A stretch of 64,000 bases of DNA from a virus. Where the stretch lies: the IMG/VR virus record IMGVR_UViG_3300009374_000001, positions 1 through 64,000 of that record, one strand, 5' to 3'. The translations under genes and the position numbers were made by a program. A model generated the notes under the pieces. The model was not told the DNA's origin. It ran no database searches and was given only the letters and a program-made list of their open reading frames with translations. Below, in pieces: positions 49,806 to 58,649 of this stretch; the first letter of the stretch is position 1, and each line of letters starts with the position of its first letter.

Positions 49806-52039
49806 AATCACTATATAAAGAAAAGAACTTAGACAAATTATTTAAACAGAGTCTTTTAGTAACAGAAAAGATTGACGCGCCTAGAATTAAGGTGAAGAAA
49901 GTTAACGATGGTTTTGAAATATTTAAGGCAAATTCAAATACGGCATTAAACGTAGTTGATAGAACTTTAACATCATTATACGAAAATGCGTATGAGCATT
50001 TTTCAAGTTTTTGGAAAGATATGATTGAAGAAGTCCCAGATAATTACATATTTGAAATGTATTATATGACTAATACAAAGCCAGTAAGAACTGAATATGA
50101 CAGGCTACCGAAGAATAATCTAATACTTATATCAATTCAAGTAATGGAGAATGATAAAGTTAAAAAGATTATTAGAGAGCCTAAGATACTAAATGAATGG
50201 GCAGATAAATTTGAAATAGAACACCCGCCTATTTTATTTAACGATAAATTAAGTGAGAATCAGAAATTTAAGTTAAAAGAGTTGCTATCACAGAGCAGTA
50301 AAGATGTTTTTGGGCTATTCAGTAATAGTTCATTTACAGCACATATTATGTCAGTGCTAGACCCTAGAATTCATGAGATGACACTTAACAAAGATACACA
50401 TAAGAATACTAATGGATTTATTTTTACATTTCATGCAGGAAAGGTTGTTTCTAATCTGCTACTACAGAGCTCTCTTAAAGAAAGTAATGATTCATATACG
50501 CCTAATGATTCATACGACTTAGTATTACTAGACTTAGTAGAATATATGATAAAAGATGAATCATGGGAGCATATTTTGCTTAAAGAACATGGTGAAGATT
50601 TAAGATATTTAGAGTGTATCTCAAATATTTTTAATATGTATATGGAAAAGAATATGCATAGACTTTTAGGAATGAGTTTAGAGAAAATGGATTTTGCAAA
50701 TAAGCCAGAATTTAAACTTAATAAAAAAAATATTAAGAACAAAAGAACTAACGAATTATTAGACATTCATGTTTTAAGTGAAATCTTTCAGGCAATGTTG
50801 GGTAGTTTCAGAAAGCATAGAAGCAAAGAAACTACACTAATTTCAAATGCTGCTATTACAGAAATAAATTTATTGATTGATAAGATTAATGAAAAGATAG
50901 GAAAAGAACCAGATATTATAGAGGACAGCGATGAAGTTAAAGATTTTGAAAGTTTTATGATTAGTGAAGGTAGAGATGAAATAATTAATAATATAAATCT
51001 TTCATTGAAAGACTTGGAGATTGATCAATTAAATTATATCAATACATACATTAATAAACAAGGATTAAGTTCAAAAATTAAAGAGATTTTTTCAGGCTTA
51101 GGCTTAACGACTGGTATAGATAAAGTAGTTAATGGCTTTTTATCTTTATTAGTTGGCGCAGGCGGATCATTAGAAGATAATATAGAAATAGTTGATAAAT
51201 TATCAATAGACGGGACGTTATTCAATGATTTAGATATTGGGAAGGTGTCAAATTTTAAGAATAATTTAATTACTAATAGCAAATTTCACACAAAGCTTAT
51301 CAAGACTTTTATTGACTGGGAGCCTAAAAAAATAGATAAATCTGCAATTGGAAAAGGAGAAGCATTTTTAATTGCTTTATTGGGCGGACGAAAAGCAGAA
51401 CATGGAGATATTAAAATAGGTGATAATAATTATGAAGTTAAAGGTAGAGGGGCTCGATTAAAAGCGCAAAGGGGCTATGGTACTTTTATAAATAATGAAA
51501 AAACTTTCATTAAAGATTTTTCTAGTGTTGTTAACTATGGGTTTACACCAAAAGAGAAAATAAATAATAAATATTTAGATAAAAAGAAAAATATACTACC
51601 CTTTAAAGAAATATCTAAAAACATTAACAATATTAATTTTACTGATAAAGGATTATCAATGTATAGAGAGTTTATATTAAATGCAGATAACCCACTTAAA
51701 GCTGTAGAAGTATTACAAGAGTTGTTTAGAAAGATTTTTGTAAATGTTAGTAATTTTAATGAATTATCATTTTTAGATACTTTAAATTCATCCGCTTCAG
51801 AAAAAAAGATGCTTATGGATTTTAAATTAGAGTACAGCAGATTTATATTTGATTATTATAAGAAACAAGAAAAATGGGATTATTTAATGTTTATAAATTT
51901 AGATAACGCTAATTATGTCTGCATTGAAAAATCTAATGAATTTGTGAATTTAATAAAAAATGGAAAAATAAAAATAAATGTAAGCCATAGCTGGACCCAA
52001 ACACAAAATAATGTTCCACAATATACATTAGTGGCTTAA
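49802..52039 (+). CDS. degenerate ligase-fold domain fused to a PD-(D/E)xK-like nuclease domain
   Basis: N-terminal VTEKIDA..PPILF..NGFIF; C-terminal GKGEAFL..GDIKIGDNNYEVKG. Confidence 0.55.
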   Translation: MKSLYKEKNLDKLFKQSLLVTEKIDAPRIKVKKVNDGFEIFKANSNTALNVVDRTLTSLYENAYEHFSSFWKDMIEEVPDNYIFEMYYMTNTKPVRTEYDRLPKNNLILISIQVMENDKVKKIIREPKILNEWADKFEIEHPPILFNDKLSENQKFKLKELLSQSSKDVFGLFSNSSFTAHIMSVLDPRIHEMTLNKDTHKNTNGFIFTFHAGKVVSNLLLQSSLKESNDSYTPNDSYDLVLLDLVEYMIKDESWEHILLKEHGEDLRYLECISNIFNMYMEKNMHRLLGMSLEKMDFANKPEFKLNKKNIKNKRTNELLDIHVLSEIFQAMLGSFRKHRSKETTLISNAAITEINLLIDKINEKIGKEPDIIEDSDEVKDFESFMISEGRDEIINNINLSLKDLEIDQLNYINTYINKQGLSSKIKEIFSGLGLTTGIDKVVNGFLSLLVGAGGSLEDNIEIVDKLSIDGTLFNDLDIGKVSNFKNNLITNSKFHTKLIKTFIDWEPKKIDKSAIGKGEAFLIALLGGRKAEHGDIKIGDNNYEVKGRGARLKAQRGYGTFINNEKTFIKDFSSVVNYGFTPKEKINNKYLDKKKNILPFKEISKNINNINFTDKGLSMYREFILNADNPLKAVEVLQELFRKIFVNVSNFNELSFLDTLNSSASEKKMLMDFKLEYSRFIFDYYKKQEKWDYLMFINLDNANYVCIEKSNEFVNLIKNGKIKINVSHSWTQTQNNVPQYTLVA

Positions 52040-52065
52040 ATATATAAAAAAACAAATATAAAATT

Positions 52066-52413
52066 ATGACTAAAATTTATGAAAACTTTGAAGACTTTGT
52101 TTTTAATGAACTTAATAAAGAAATTGATATTGAACTAGTTGATGAAAGAGTTGAGGTTAAGCGTAAATACACAGATAAATATCCATCTAAATCCATTAAC
52201 GCAAAAGCAAGAGTTAGAAGTGCAGTGCTAAGTGCAATGAAAGATGGGATAGTTACTGAAGAGGAACTTGATAATATTATAGCTGCAGCACAGGGCAGTA
52301 AAGCATGGAAGCGTAAAAATACTAAGCTTTTTAAAGTTACAGAAGATGGCATTAAACTTTCAAAATTTGGTTCACGAATCTATAGAAGAACTCTAGTTAC
52401 AGAGGAAAAATAA
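52066..52413 (+). CDS. hypothetical basic protein with capsid-targeting-like leader
   Basis: MTKIYENFEDFVFNE, then a Lys/Arg-rich domain. Confidence 0.65.
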   Translation: MTKIYENFEDFVFNELNKEIDIELVDERVEVKRKYTDKYPSKSINAKARVRSAVLSAMKDGIVTEEELDNIIAAAQGSKAWKRKNTKLFKVTEDGIKLSKFGSRIYRRTLVTEEK

Positions 52414-52835
52414 TGCCATCTAAGTCAATCGCACAGCAGCGTCTGTTTGGGATGGCTCTTGCATATAGAAGAGGAGAGCTTAAAAAGTTTGAAATATCTC
52501 AAGAAGTTATTGATCTTGCAAATTCAATGTCTGAAAAAGACTTAGAAGATTTCGCTGAAACTAAGCATAAAGATTTACCATACAAAGTTAAAGAAAATAT
52601 AGAACTTAATGATATTTCAGGTATGGGAGATGTAGCACTACCTAATATGCAAACGCATAATATAGGAAGTGGGGATATGCCGTTTGGGCATCATTATTGC
52701 AAATGTTTAAATTGCGGCGAAGTTGCAATTAAAGATGAAGAGGTTTCATGCGAATTAATGACTTGTCCTGTATGTCAAAATTCTATGGTAAATGAAAGAA
52801 AGTATATAAAAAAATATATTGACTATGTTAGATAA
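52413..52835 (+). CDS. DUF3008-like domain plus Cys-rich zinc-ribbon protein
   Basis: MPSKSIAQQRLFGMALA..SMSEKDLEDFAETKHKDLP; CLNC..CPVC. Confidence 0.65.
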   Translation: MPSKSIAQQRLFGMALAYRRGELKKFEISQEVIDLANSMSEKDLEDFAETKHKDLPYKVKENIELNDISGMGDVALPNMQTHNIGSGDMPFGHHYCKCLNCGEVAIKDEEVSCELMTCPVCQNSMVNERKYIKKYIDYVR

Positions 52836-53217
52836 ATTATTAACATTTTTTACAGGTAATACAATAAAAGAAATAGGAGATGCTGTAGATAATCTTGTTA
52901 CGAGCGACGAAGAACGTATGAAGCTAAAAACTGAAGTAAAGCAGATTTTAGTAAATGCAGAAGAAGCTGCGCAAGAACAAGTTTCTGCCAGATGGGAAAG
53001 TGATATGAAGCATGGTAGTTTTTTAAGTAAGAATGTTAGACCATTAAGCTTAATATTTTTAACTTTAATGTTTGTTGTAATATCTATATTTGATGGTAAC
53101 ATTGGGGAATTTCAAATAAATGATTCATATATCCCAGTTTATCAAACTCTATTAATGACAGTATATGGTGCATATTTTGCAGGCAGAAGTTTTGAAAAGA
53201 TTAAAAAATCAGAGTAG
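52825..53217 (+). CDS. holin (3TM/GTA-holin-like)
   Basis: AVDNLVTSDEER..RWESDM..LSKNVRP followed by two hydrophobic helices and GAYFAGRSFEK; ATG at 52825 (track start 52819). Confidence 0.75.
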   Translation: MLDKLLTFFTGNTIKEIGDAVDNLVTSDEERMKLKTEVKQILVNAEEAAQEQVSARWESDMKHGSFLSKNVRPLSLIFLTLMFVVISIFDGNIGEFQINDSYIPVYQTLLMTVYGAYFAGRSFEKIKKSE

Positions 53218-53227
53218 ATAAATAGAT

Positions 53228-53255
53228 AAACAATTACATCATTATTTTATATAAT
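53228..53255 (+). promoter_or_regulatory. putative early/middle promoter AAAC-N18-TATAAT
   Basis: taaacaattacatcattattttatataataatt upstream of the dUTPase-RNR-polymerase block. Confidence 0.7.
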
Positions 53256-53271
53256 AATTAAAAATTATTGT

Positions 53272-53727
53272 ATGAAATTTTATAAATTAAGAGATGTTAA
53301 AAGTCCGGTTCGTGGCACAAAAGAAAGTGCAGGATTGGACTTTTTTATACCAGATGATTGGAATGATGGTAATACTAAATTAGTAAAACCAGGTGAAAGC
53401 TTATTAATACCGAGCGGTATTAAAGCAAATGTCCCTAAAGGATTTGCATTAATAGCTTTTAATAAATCAGGAATTGCAGTTAAAAAACAATTATATGTAG
53501 GTGCTTGTGTAGTAGATGAAGATTACCAAGGAGAAATTCACATTAATGTAAGCAATGTATCTAGGGATACTGTAACAGAGGTTAGCCCTGGGGATAAAAT
53601 CATGCAATTTTTATTATTACCTATAAATTATGAATTACCAATCGAGGTAAATTCAGAAGAAGAATTATGGAAAGACAAAGCCAGTGAAAGAGGCACTGGT
53701 GGCTTTGGATCAACTGGAACAAATTAA
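53272..53727 (+). CDS. dut: trimeric dUTPase
   Basis: SAGLD, KSG, VVDEDYQGEI, RGTGGFGSTG. Confidence 0.95.
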   Translation: MKFYKLRDVKSPVRGTKESAGLDFFIPDDWNDGNTKLVKPGESLLIPSGIKANVPKGFALIAFNKSGIAVKKQLYVGACVVDEDYQGEIHINVSNVSRDTVTEVSPGDKIMQFLLLPINYELPIEVNSEEELWKDKASERGTGGFGSTGTN

Positions 53728-53741
53728 CGTAAAGAATATAA

Positions 53742-56243
53742 ATGACAGTAATTGACGTTGGGCATTCATCAGAATTATTAATTGACTATTTTAATGGAGA
53801 TGAATTAGCAGCAAATACTTTTTTGAATAAATATGCACTTCGAGATGAAGATGGTAATTTACTAGAGCATCACCCAGATGAAATGCATATGAGACTTTCA
53901 AGAGAATTTGCAAGAATAGAACGAAAGTATAAAAACCCATATAGTAAAGATGAGATATATGATTTACTAAAAGACTTTAAGTATCTTGTACCACAAGGAA
54001 GTCCGATGTTTGGGATTGGTAATAAGCACCAAGTCATTTCATTGTCAAATTGCTTTGTGATTGGTAATGGTGCTGATTCTTATGGCGGTATTACAATGGT
54101 TGATGAAGAGCAGATACAGCTTATGAAACGAAGAGGTGGTGTAGGCCATGATCTTTCTCATATAAGACCTAATAAAACTAAAGTGCATAATTCTGCAATG
54201 ACCTCAACCGGTTTAAAGCCATTCATGCAGCGATTTTCAAATTCAACTAGAGAAGTTGCACAAGGAGGTCGAAGAGGAGCACTAATGCTCACGCTTGATA
54301 TTAGACATCCAGACGTTGAAAGTTTTATTGATGCAAAGATGAATAAGATTGACATAACTGGTGCTAATATTTCATTAAAATTAAGTGATGAATTCATGAG
54401 AGCTGTTGATGCTAATAAAACATTTAAGCTTCAATATCCAGTAGAATCTGAAAATCCGAAGATAGAACTTGATATTGACGCAAAGTCTTTATGGGATCAT
54501 ATTATCAATAATGTTTGGTCAAGCGCAGAACCTGGTATATTTTTCTGGGATAAAGTGCTAAGCGAGTCACCAGCAGATATGTATGCAGAAGAAGGCTTTA
54601 GAACTATCTCCAGCAATCCCTGCGGTGAGCTCCCTCTCTGTCCTTATGATTCTTGTAGACTTTTAGCTATAAATTTATCAAGTTATGTTGAAAACGAATT
54701 TACAGAAGATGCAAGTTTTGATTTTGATTTATTGGCAGAACACACAAAGATTGGTCAAAGACTTTTAGATGATATGATTGACTTAGAAATTGAAAAGATT
54801 AATGCAATTTTAAGAAAGATAAGTTCTGACCCTGAGAACAATAGTATTAAAAGAGTTGAAAGAGAACTTTGGCAAAAGATAAAAGAAAAGGCTATACAAG
54901 GAAGAAGAACTGGGTTAGGTGTAACTGCAGAAGGCGATATGCTTGCATATATGAATATGCAATATGGCTCAGATGAGGCAATAAAATTCTCAGAACAGGT
55001 TCATAAGTTAATAGCGGTTAGTTCATACGTAAGTTCTATAGAGCTTGCTAAAGAAAGAGGCTCATTTCCAATTTGGGATTATGACACAGAGAAAGAAAAT
55101 GATTTTCTTAAACGAATCGATATGAATTTATCTATGCAACAAAGAAAAGATTATAAAAGATATGGTAGGAGAAATATTGCAAACCTAACTCTTGCGCCTA
55201 CTGGTACTGTAAGCATGATGACTCAGACTACATCAGGGATTGAACCGGTATTTCTTATTCAATATACAAGAAGAAAGAAAGTAAACCCAAATGAAATTGC
55301 AACATCAGATTTTGTAGATGATCTAGGCGATGCATGGACAGAGCATACTGTATTTCATAATGGTTTTAAAAGATGGATGAATATAAATGGGATATTTGGT
55401 GAGCTTAATGATGAAGAGATAGAAAAATTTGTAAAAGAATCCCCATATTACAAAGCAACATCAAATGACATTAACTGGGTTCAAAAAGTTAAAATGCAAG
55501 GCGTAATACAAAAATGGATAGATCACTCAATTTCAGTTACAGTGAATGTACCACAAGATACTAAAAAGTCAACAGTAAATGAGGTTTATATGACTGCATG
55601 GAAAGCTGGATGTAAAGGTGTAACTTTATATAGAGAAGGGAGTAGAAGTGGTGTACTAATTGCAAAAGAAAAGAAAGAAGAAGAAAAGTTTGAAAAAATG
55701 GCAGCAGTTGAAAGACCTAAGACATTAGAGTGCGATATACACCACAGAATAGCAACGGGGGAGGCGTGGTTGGTTATTGTAGGAAAGTTATTGGATAAGC
55801 CTTATGAAATATTTGCATTTAGAAAATGGACAGAAGATGAAGAGTCTGAAGATAAATTTAATCTGCCACGTTATATCAAGCTAGGCAGACTTGAAAAGAG
55901 GTCTCATGGGAAATATGATTTAATTTGTGGTAAAAACGATAACTTCATCGTAAAGGATATTACAAACCTGTTTAAATCAGAGGAAGAAGAAGCATTAACA
56001 AGATTAATTTCATCTGCGCTTCGACATAGAATGGGCGTTGAATATATCGTCGATCAATTAAATAAAGTCCCATCGAATATTACAAGTTTTAGTAAAGTTG
56101 TTGCTAGAACGCTGAAACAATATATCACAGAAGATATAGAATTAATAAATAAAACATGTACAGAATGCGAAGATCCTGACGGACTAATTATTCAAGATGG
56201 ATGTTTAAGTTGCAAAAGTTGTGGTTTTAGTAAATGTGGATAA
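53742..56243 (+). CDS. nrdJ: class II (B12-dependent) ribonucleotide reductase
   Basis: SNCFV, GGRRGALM, SNPCGE, APTGT, GCKGVTLYREGSR, C-terminal Cys-rich ribbon; no adjacent beta-subunit gene. Confidence 0.9.
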   Translation: MTVIDVGHSSELLIDYFNGDELAANTFLNKYALRDEDGNLLEHHPDEMHMRLSREFARIERKYKNPYSKDEIYDLLKDFKYLVPQGSPMFGIGNKHQVISLSNCFVIGNGADSYGGITMVDEEQIQLMKRRGGVGHDLSHIRPNKTKVHNSAMTSTGLKPFMQRFSNSTREVAQGGRRGALMLTLDIRHPDVESFIDAKMNKIDITGANISLKLSDEFMRAVDANKTFKLQYPVESENPKIELDIDAKSLWDHIINNVWSSAEPGIFFWDKVLSESPADMYAEEGFRTISSNPCGELPLCPYDSCRLLAINLSSYVENEFTEDASFDFDLLAEHTKIGQRLLDDMIDLEIEKINAILRKISSDPENNSIKRVERELWQKIKEKAIQGRRTGLGVTAEGDMLAYMNMQYGSDEAIKFSEQVHKLIAVSSYVSSIELAKERGSFPIWDYDTEKENDFLKRIDMNLSMQQRKDYKRYGRRNIANLTLAPTGTVSMMTQTTSGIEPVFLIQYTRRKKVNPNEIATSDFVDDLGDAWTEHTVFHNGFKRWMNINGIFGELNDEEIEKFVKESPYYKATSNDINWVQKVKMQGVIQKWIDHSISVTVNVPQDTKKSTVNEVYMTAWKAGCKGVTLYREGSRSGVLIAKEKKEEEKFEKMAAVERPKTLECDIHHRIATGEAWLVIVGKLLDKPYEIFAFRKWTEDEESEDKFNLPRYIKLGRLEKRSHGKYDLICGKNDNFIVKDITNLFKSEEEEALTRLISSALRHRMGVEYIVDQLNKVPSNITSFSKVVARTLKQYITEDIELINKTCTECEDPDGLIIQDGCLSCKSCGFSKCG

Positions 56244-56253
56244 AGGAATTTAA

Positions 56254-57657
56254 ATGCTATTAAGTATTGAGCAAGATGATAATAGATTAACTGTTTCGTA
56301 TTATGATAAAGAAGGTGAAACAGCATATAAGATATATGATTTAAATCAATTTAAAAATTGGTATGTTTGTCATGATGGTGATAGATATAAATCTGATATT
56401 TACACGAATTGGGATGGGAGACCTGTTAAACAAGCAAATGCAAAGTTTTTAAATAAACATAGTATTATTGATTTTTTGCAAACTCTGCCTCAAGAAGATA
56501 AAGACTTAATTTTTGCACACAATTATCCAAAGATGTATTTTATGGATATTGAAGTTGAAGTAACTGATGGCTTCCCAGAAGCAAAAAAAGCAGAAAATAG
56601 AATTATTACAGTTTCTATAGCAACGCCTGATAAAGAAATTATAATCTTAGGGTTAAAAGATCTTTCTCCTAATGAAATCACAAATATCGAAATTGATATA
56701 CATAATCATTTTCTTAAAGTTACAGATGATACTTGGAAATTAAAGTATATTAAGTTTAATTCTGAGTATGATATGGTATATACGCTATTGACTAAATATA
56801 TAAGTAAATTGCCCATTATATCTGGGTGGAATTTCATAAGCTACGATTGGACATATATTATTAATCGCTGCTATAGATTACAAATAAACCCAGATATTGC
56901 AAGCCCTTCATTAAAACTAGAAGGTGCTGATAACACGCCAATGCATGTTGGTATTGTAGATTATATGAGACTCTATCATCAGTATGATAGGACAGTAAAA
57001 GTTAAAGAATCATCAACTTTAGCGCATGTTTCGAATATAGTACTTGGTGTATCTAAAGTTAAAAACAATATGAATCTTAAATTACTATATGAGCAGAAAT
57101 ATGCTCAATATGTTTTTTACAATGCCGTTGATTCTATATTAGTTCATATGCTTGATCAAAAGCTCAAGCTAGCAGATGTGCTATATACAGTTGCAAGTAT
57201 GACTAAATCAACTTTATACAGAGCAAGTTCTCCTGTTACTATAACAGAAAGTCTTTTGCTACCGCTATTTAAGCAAAATAACAAGGTATTAGCAAGAGAT
57301 AATGCTGAAAAACAGAAAAAAATAAAGTACACTGGCGCGTACGTTAAAGCACCGAAGGTCGGGTTTCATAAGGGCGTTGCTTGTTTTGACTTTGCAAGTC
57401 TATATCCATCTATGATGAGACAATTTAACATATCTCCAGAAAATTTAAAAAATAAGGTGCCTCCAGTAGCTGTTGAAAAAACTAAAAATGAAAGTAATAT
57501 AGTAACTATTAATGGCTGCGTCTTTGATAAAGAAGACTCATATCTTAGAATGATTTTAACAGCTCTATATGCTAAGCGAAAAGAGTATAAGGGAAAAGCG
57601 TTTAACGCAAAGTTAAAAATGGAAAAAATAAAGAAACAATTAAAAGAAATTAAATAA
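56254..57657 (+). CDS. family B DNA polymerase, N-terminal half (exonuclease plus motif A)
   Basis: DIEV, GWNFISYD, YNAVDS exonuclease motifs; YTGAYV; DFASLYPS; ends in the first fingers helix. Confidence 0.9.
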   Translation: MLLSIEQDDNRLTVSYYDKEGETAYKIYDLNQFKNWYVCHDGDRYKSDIYTNWDGRPVKQANAKFLNKHSIIDFLQTLPQEDKDLIFAHNYPKMYFMDIEVEVTDGFPEAKKAENRIITVSIATPDKEIIILGLKDLSPNEITNIEIDIHNHFLKVTDDTWKLKYIKFNSEYDMVYTLLTKYISKLPIISGWNFISYDWTYIINRCYRLQINPDIASPSLKLEGADNTPMHVGIVDYMRLYHQYDRTVKVKESSTLAHVSNIVLGVSKVKNNMNLKLLYEQKYAQYVFYNAVDSILVHMLDQKLKLADVLYTVASMTKSTLYRASSPVTITESLLLPLFKQNNKVLARDNAEKQKKIKYTGAYVKAPKVGFHKGVACFDFASLYPSMMRQFNISPENLKNKVPPVAVEKTKNESNIVTINGCVFDKEDSYLRMILTALYAKRKEYKGKAFNAKLKMEKIKKQLKEIK

Positions 57658-57676
57658 AATAAAACAAACACATAAT

Positions 57677-57853
57677 ATGAAAGCATATGAAAAGTTAGTA
57701 GAAACGCTACAGAACACTGATAAAGATGTTTACAAATTTTATGAAAAGGGCAATAGCTCAGCTGGAACTCGTATTCGTAAAGCAATGCAAGAAGTTAAAA
57801 GATTAGCACAAGAACTGCGTGTTGATATTCAAAATGTTAAAAATGCAAAATAA
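57677..57853 (+). CDS. histone H1-like (Hc1-family) small DNA-binding protein, 58 aa, absent from the ORF track
   Basis: MKAYEKLVETLQNTDKDVYKFYEKGNSSAGTRIRKAMQEVKRLAQELRVDIQNVKNAK contains the KF..GN.SAGTR.RK..A..LR signature. Confidence 0.85.
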   Translation: MKAYEKLVETLQNTDKDVYKFYEKGNSSAGTRIRKAMQEVKRLAQELRVDIQNVKNAK

Positions 57854-57865
57854 AGAAAGTAATAA

Positions 57866-58633
57866 ATGTTAAATTTAAAAATAGACAAAATAAATGTAGC
57901 TCAACTTTCAGAATTCATCAGTTCTGTTATAAGCATCTCAGAGTTTGTGTATATGAGAATCATTGGTGATGAGCTAATATCAACTTGCTATTTGCCACAA
58001 AAAGATGCAGTAAAACAGCATAGAGCAAATCTGAATGATGTATTTACTTTCAGTAGTGACTTTAGTAAAATAGAATCTAAAGTTGTTAAAGTGGCGTTTT
58101 TTGATGGCATAAAAGTATTAAAAGCTTTATCGCATTTTTCTGGAAAAGAAATTTCTGGTATATTAACATTAAGCGAAGAAGATGAATCATATACAGGTTC
58201 ATCATTGATGCTGGTAAGTGATAATTTAACTATAGAACTTGCGTGCGCAGAACCCACGCTAGGTTTTACAGATATACCAGAAGATAAGCTAAATGGGATA
58301 TTATCCGCAAATAATTATAAGTTTAATTTTACATTAGAACATGAAATGATTAATAAACTTAAATCATTATTTAAGCTCGAATCAGATAAAGATACATTTA
58401 AAGTTCATTTAAAAGACAATAAAGTAAACATTATTGGCAATATGTATAATATTGCTGCTGCTGATGTAGATAGTTTGAATACGACCAGTGAATATGAAAC
58501 TACCCTTTACAAAAAGTATATTTCATTGTTAGGAAAATATAACTATAAAACGTCAGTATGTGAGAATAAACTAGTGTTTGAATCGCCAGATAAAAATACA
58601 ACATTAACTGTAGCAGTATGTGAAGAAAATTAA
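57866..58633 (+). CDS. sliding clamp (gp45/PCNA-like)
   Basis: 255 aa with two-domain alpha/beta periodicity; lies between the polymerase halves. Confidence 0.6.
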   Translation: MLNLKIDKINVAQLSEFISSVISISEFVYMRIIGDELISTCYLPQKDAVKQHRANLNDVFTFSSDFSKIESKVVKVAFFDGIKVLKALSHFSGKEISGILTLSEEDESYTGSSLMLVSDNLTIELACAEPTLGFTDIPEDKLNGILSANNYKFNFTLEHEMINKLKSLFKLESDKDTFKVHLKDNKVNIIGNMYNIAAADVDSLNTTSEYETTLYKKYISLLGKYNYKTSVCENKLVFESPDKNTTLTVAVCEEN

Positions 58634-58649
58634 GTCTTAGGGTTTATTA

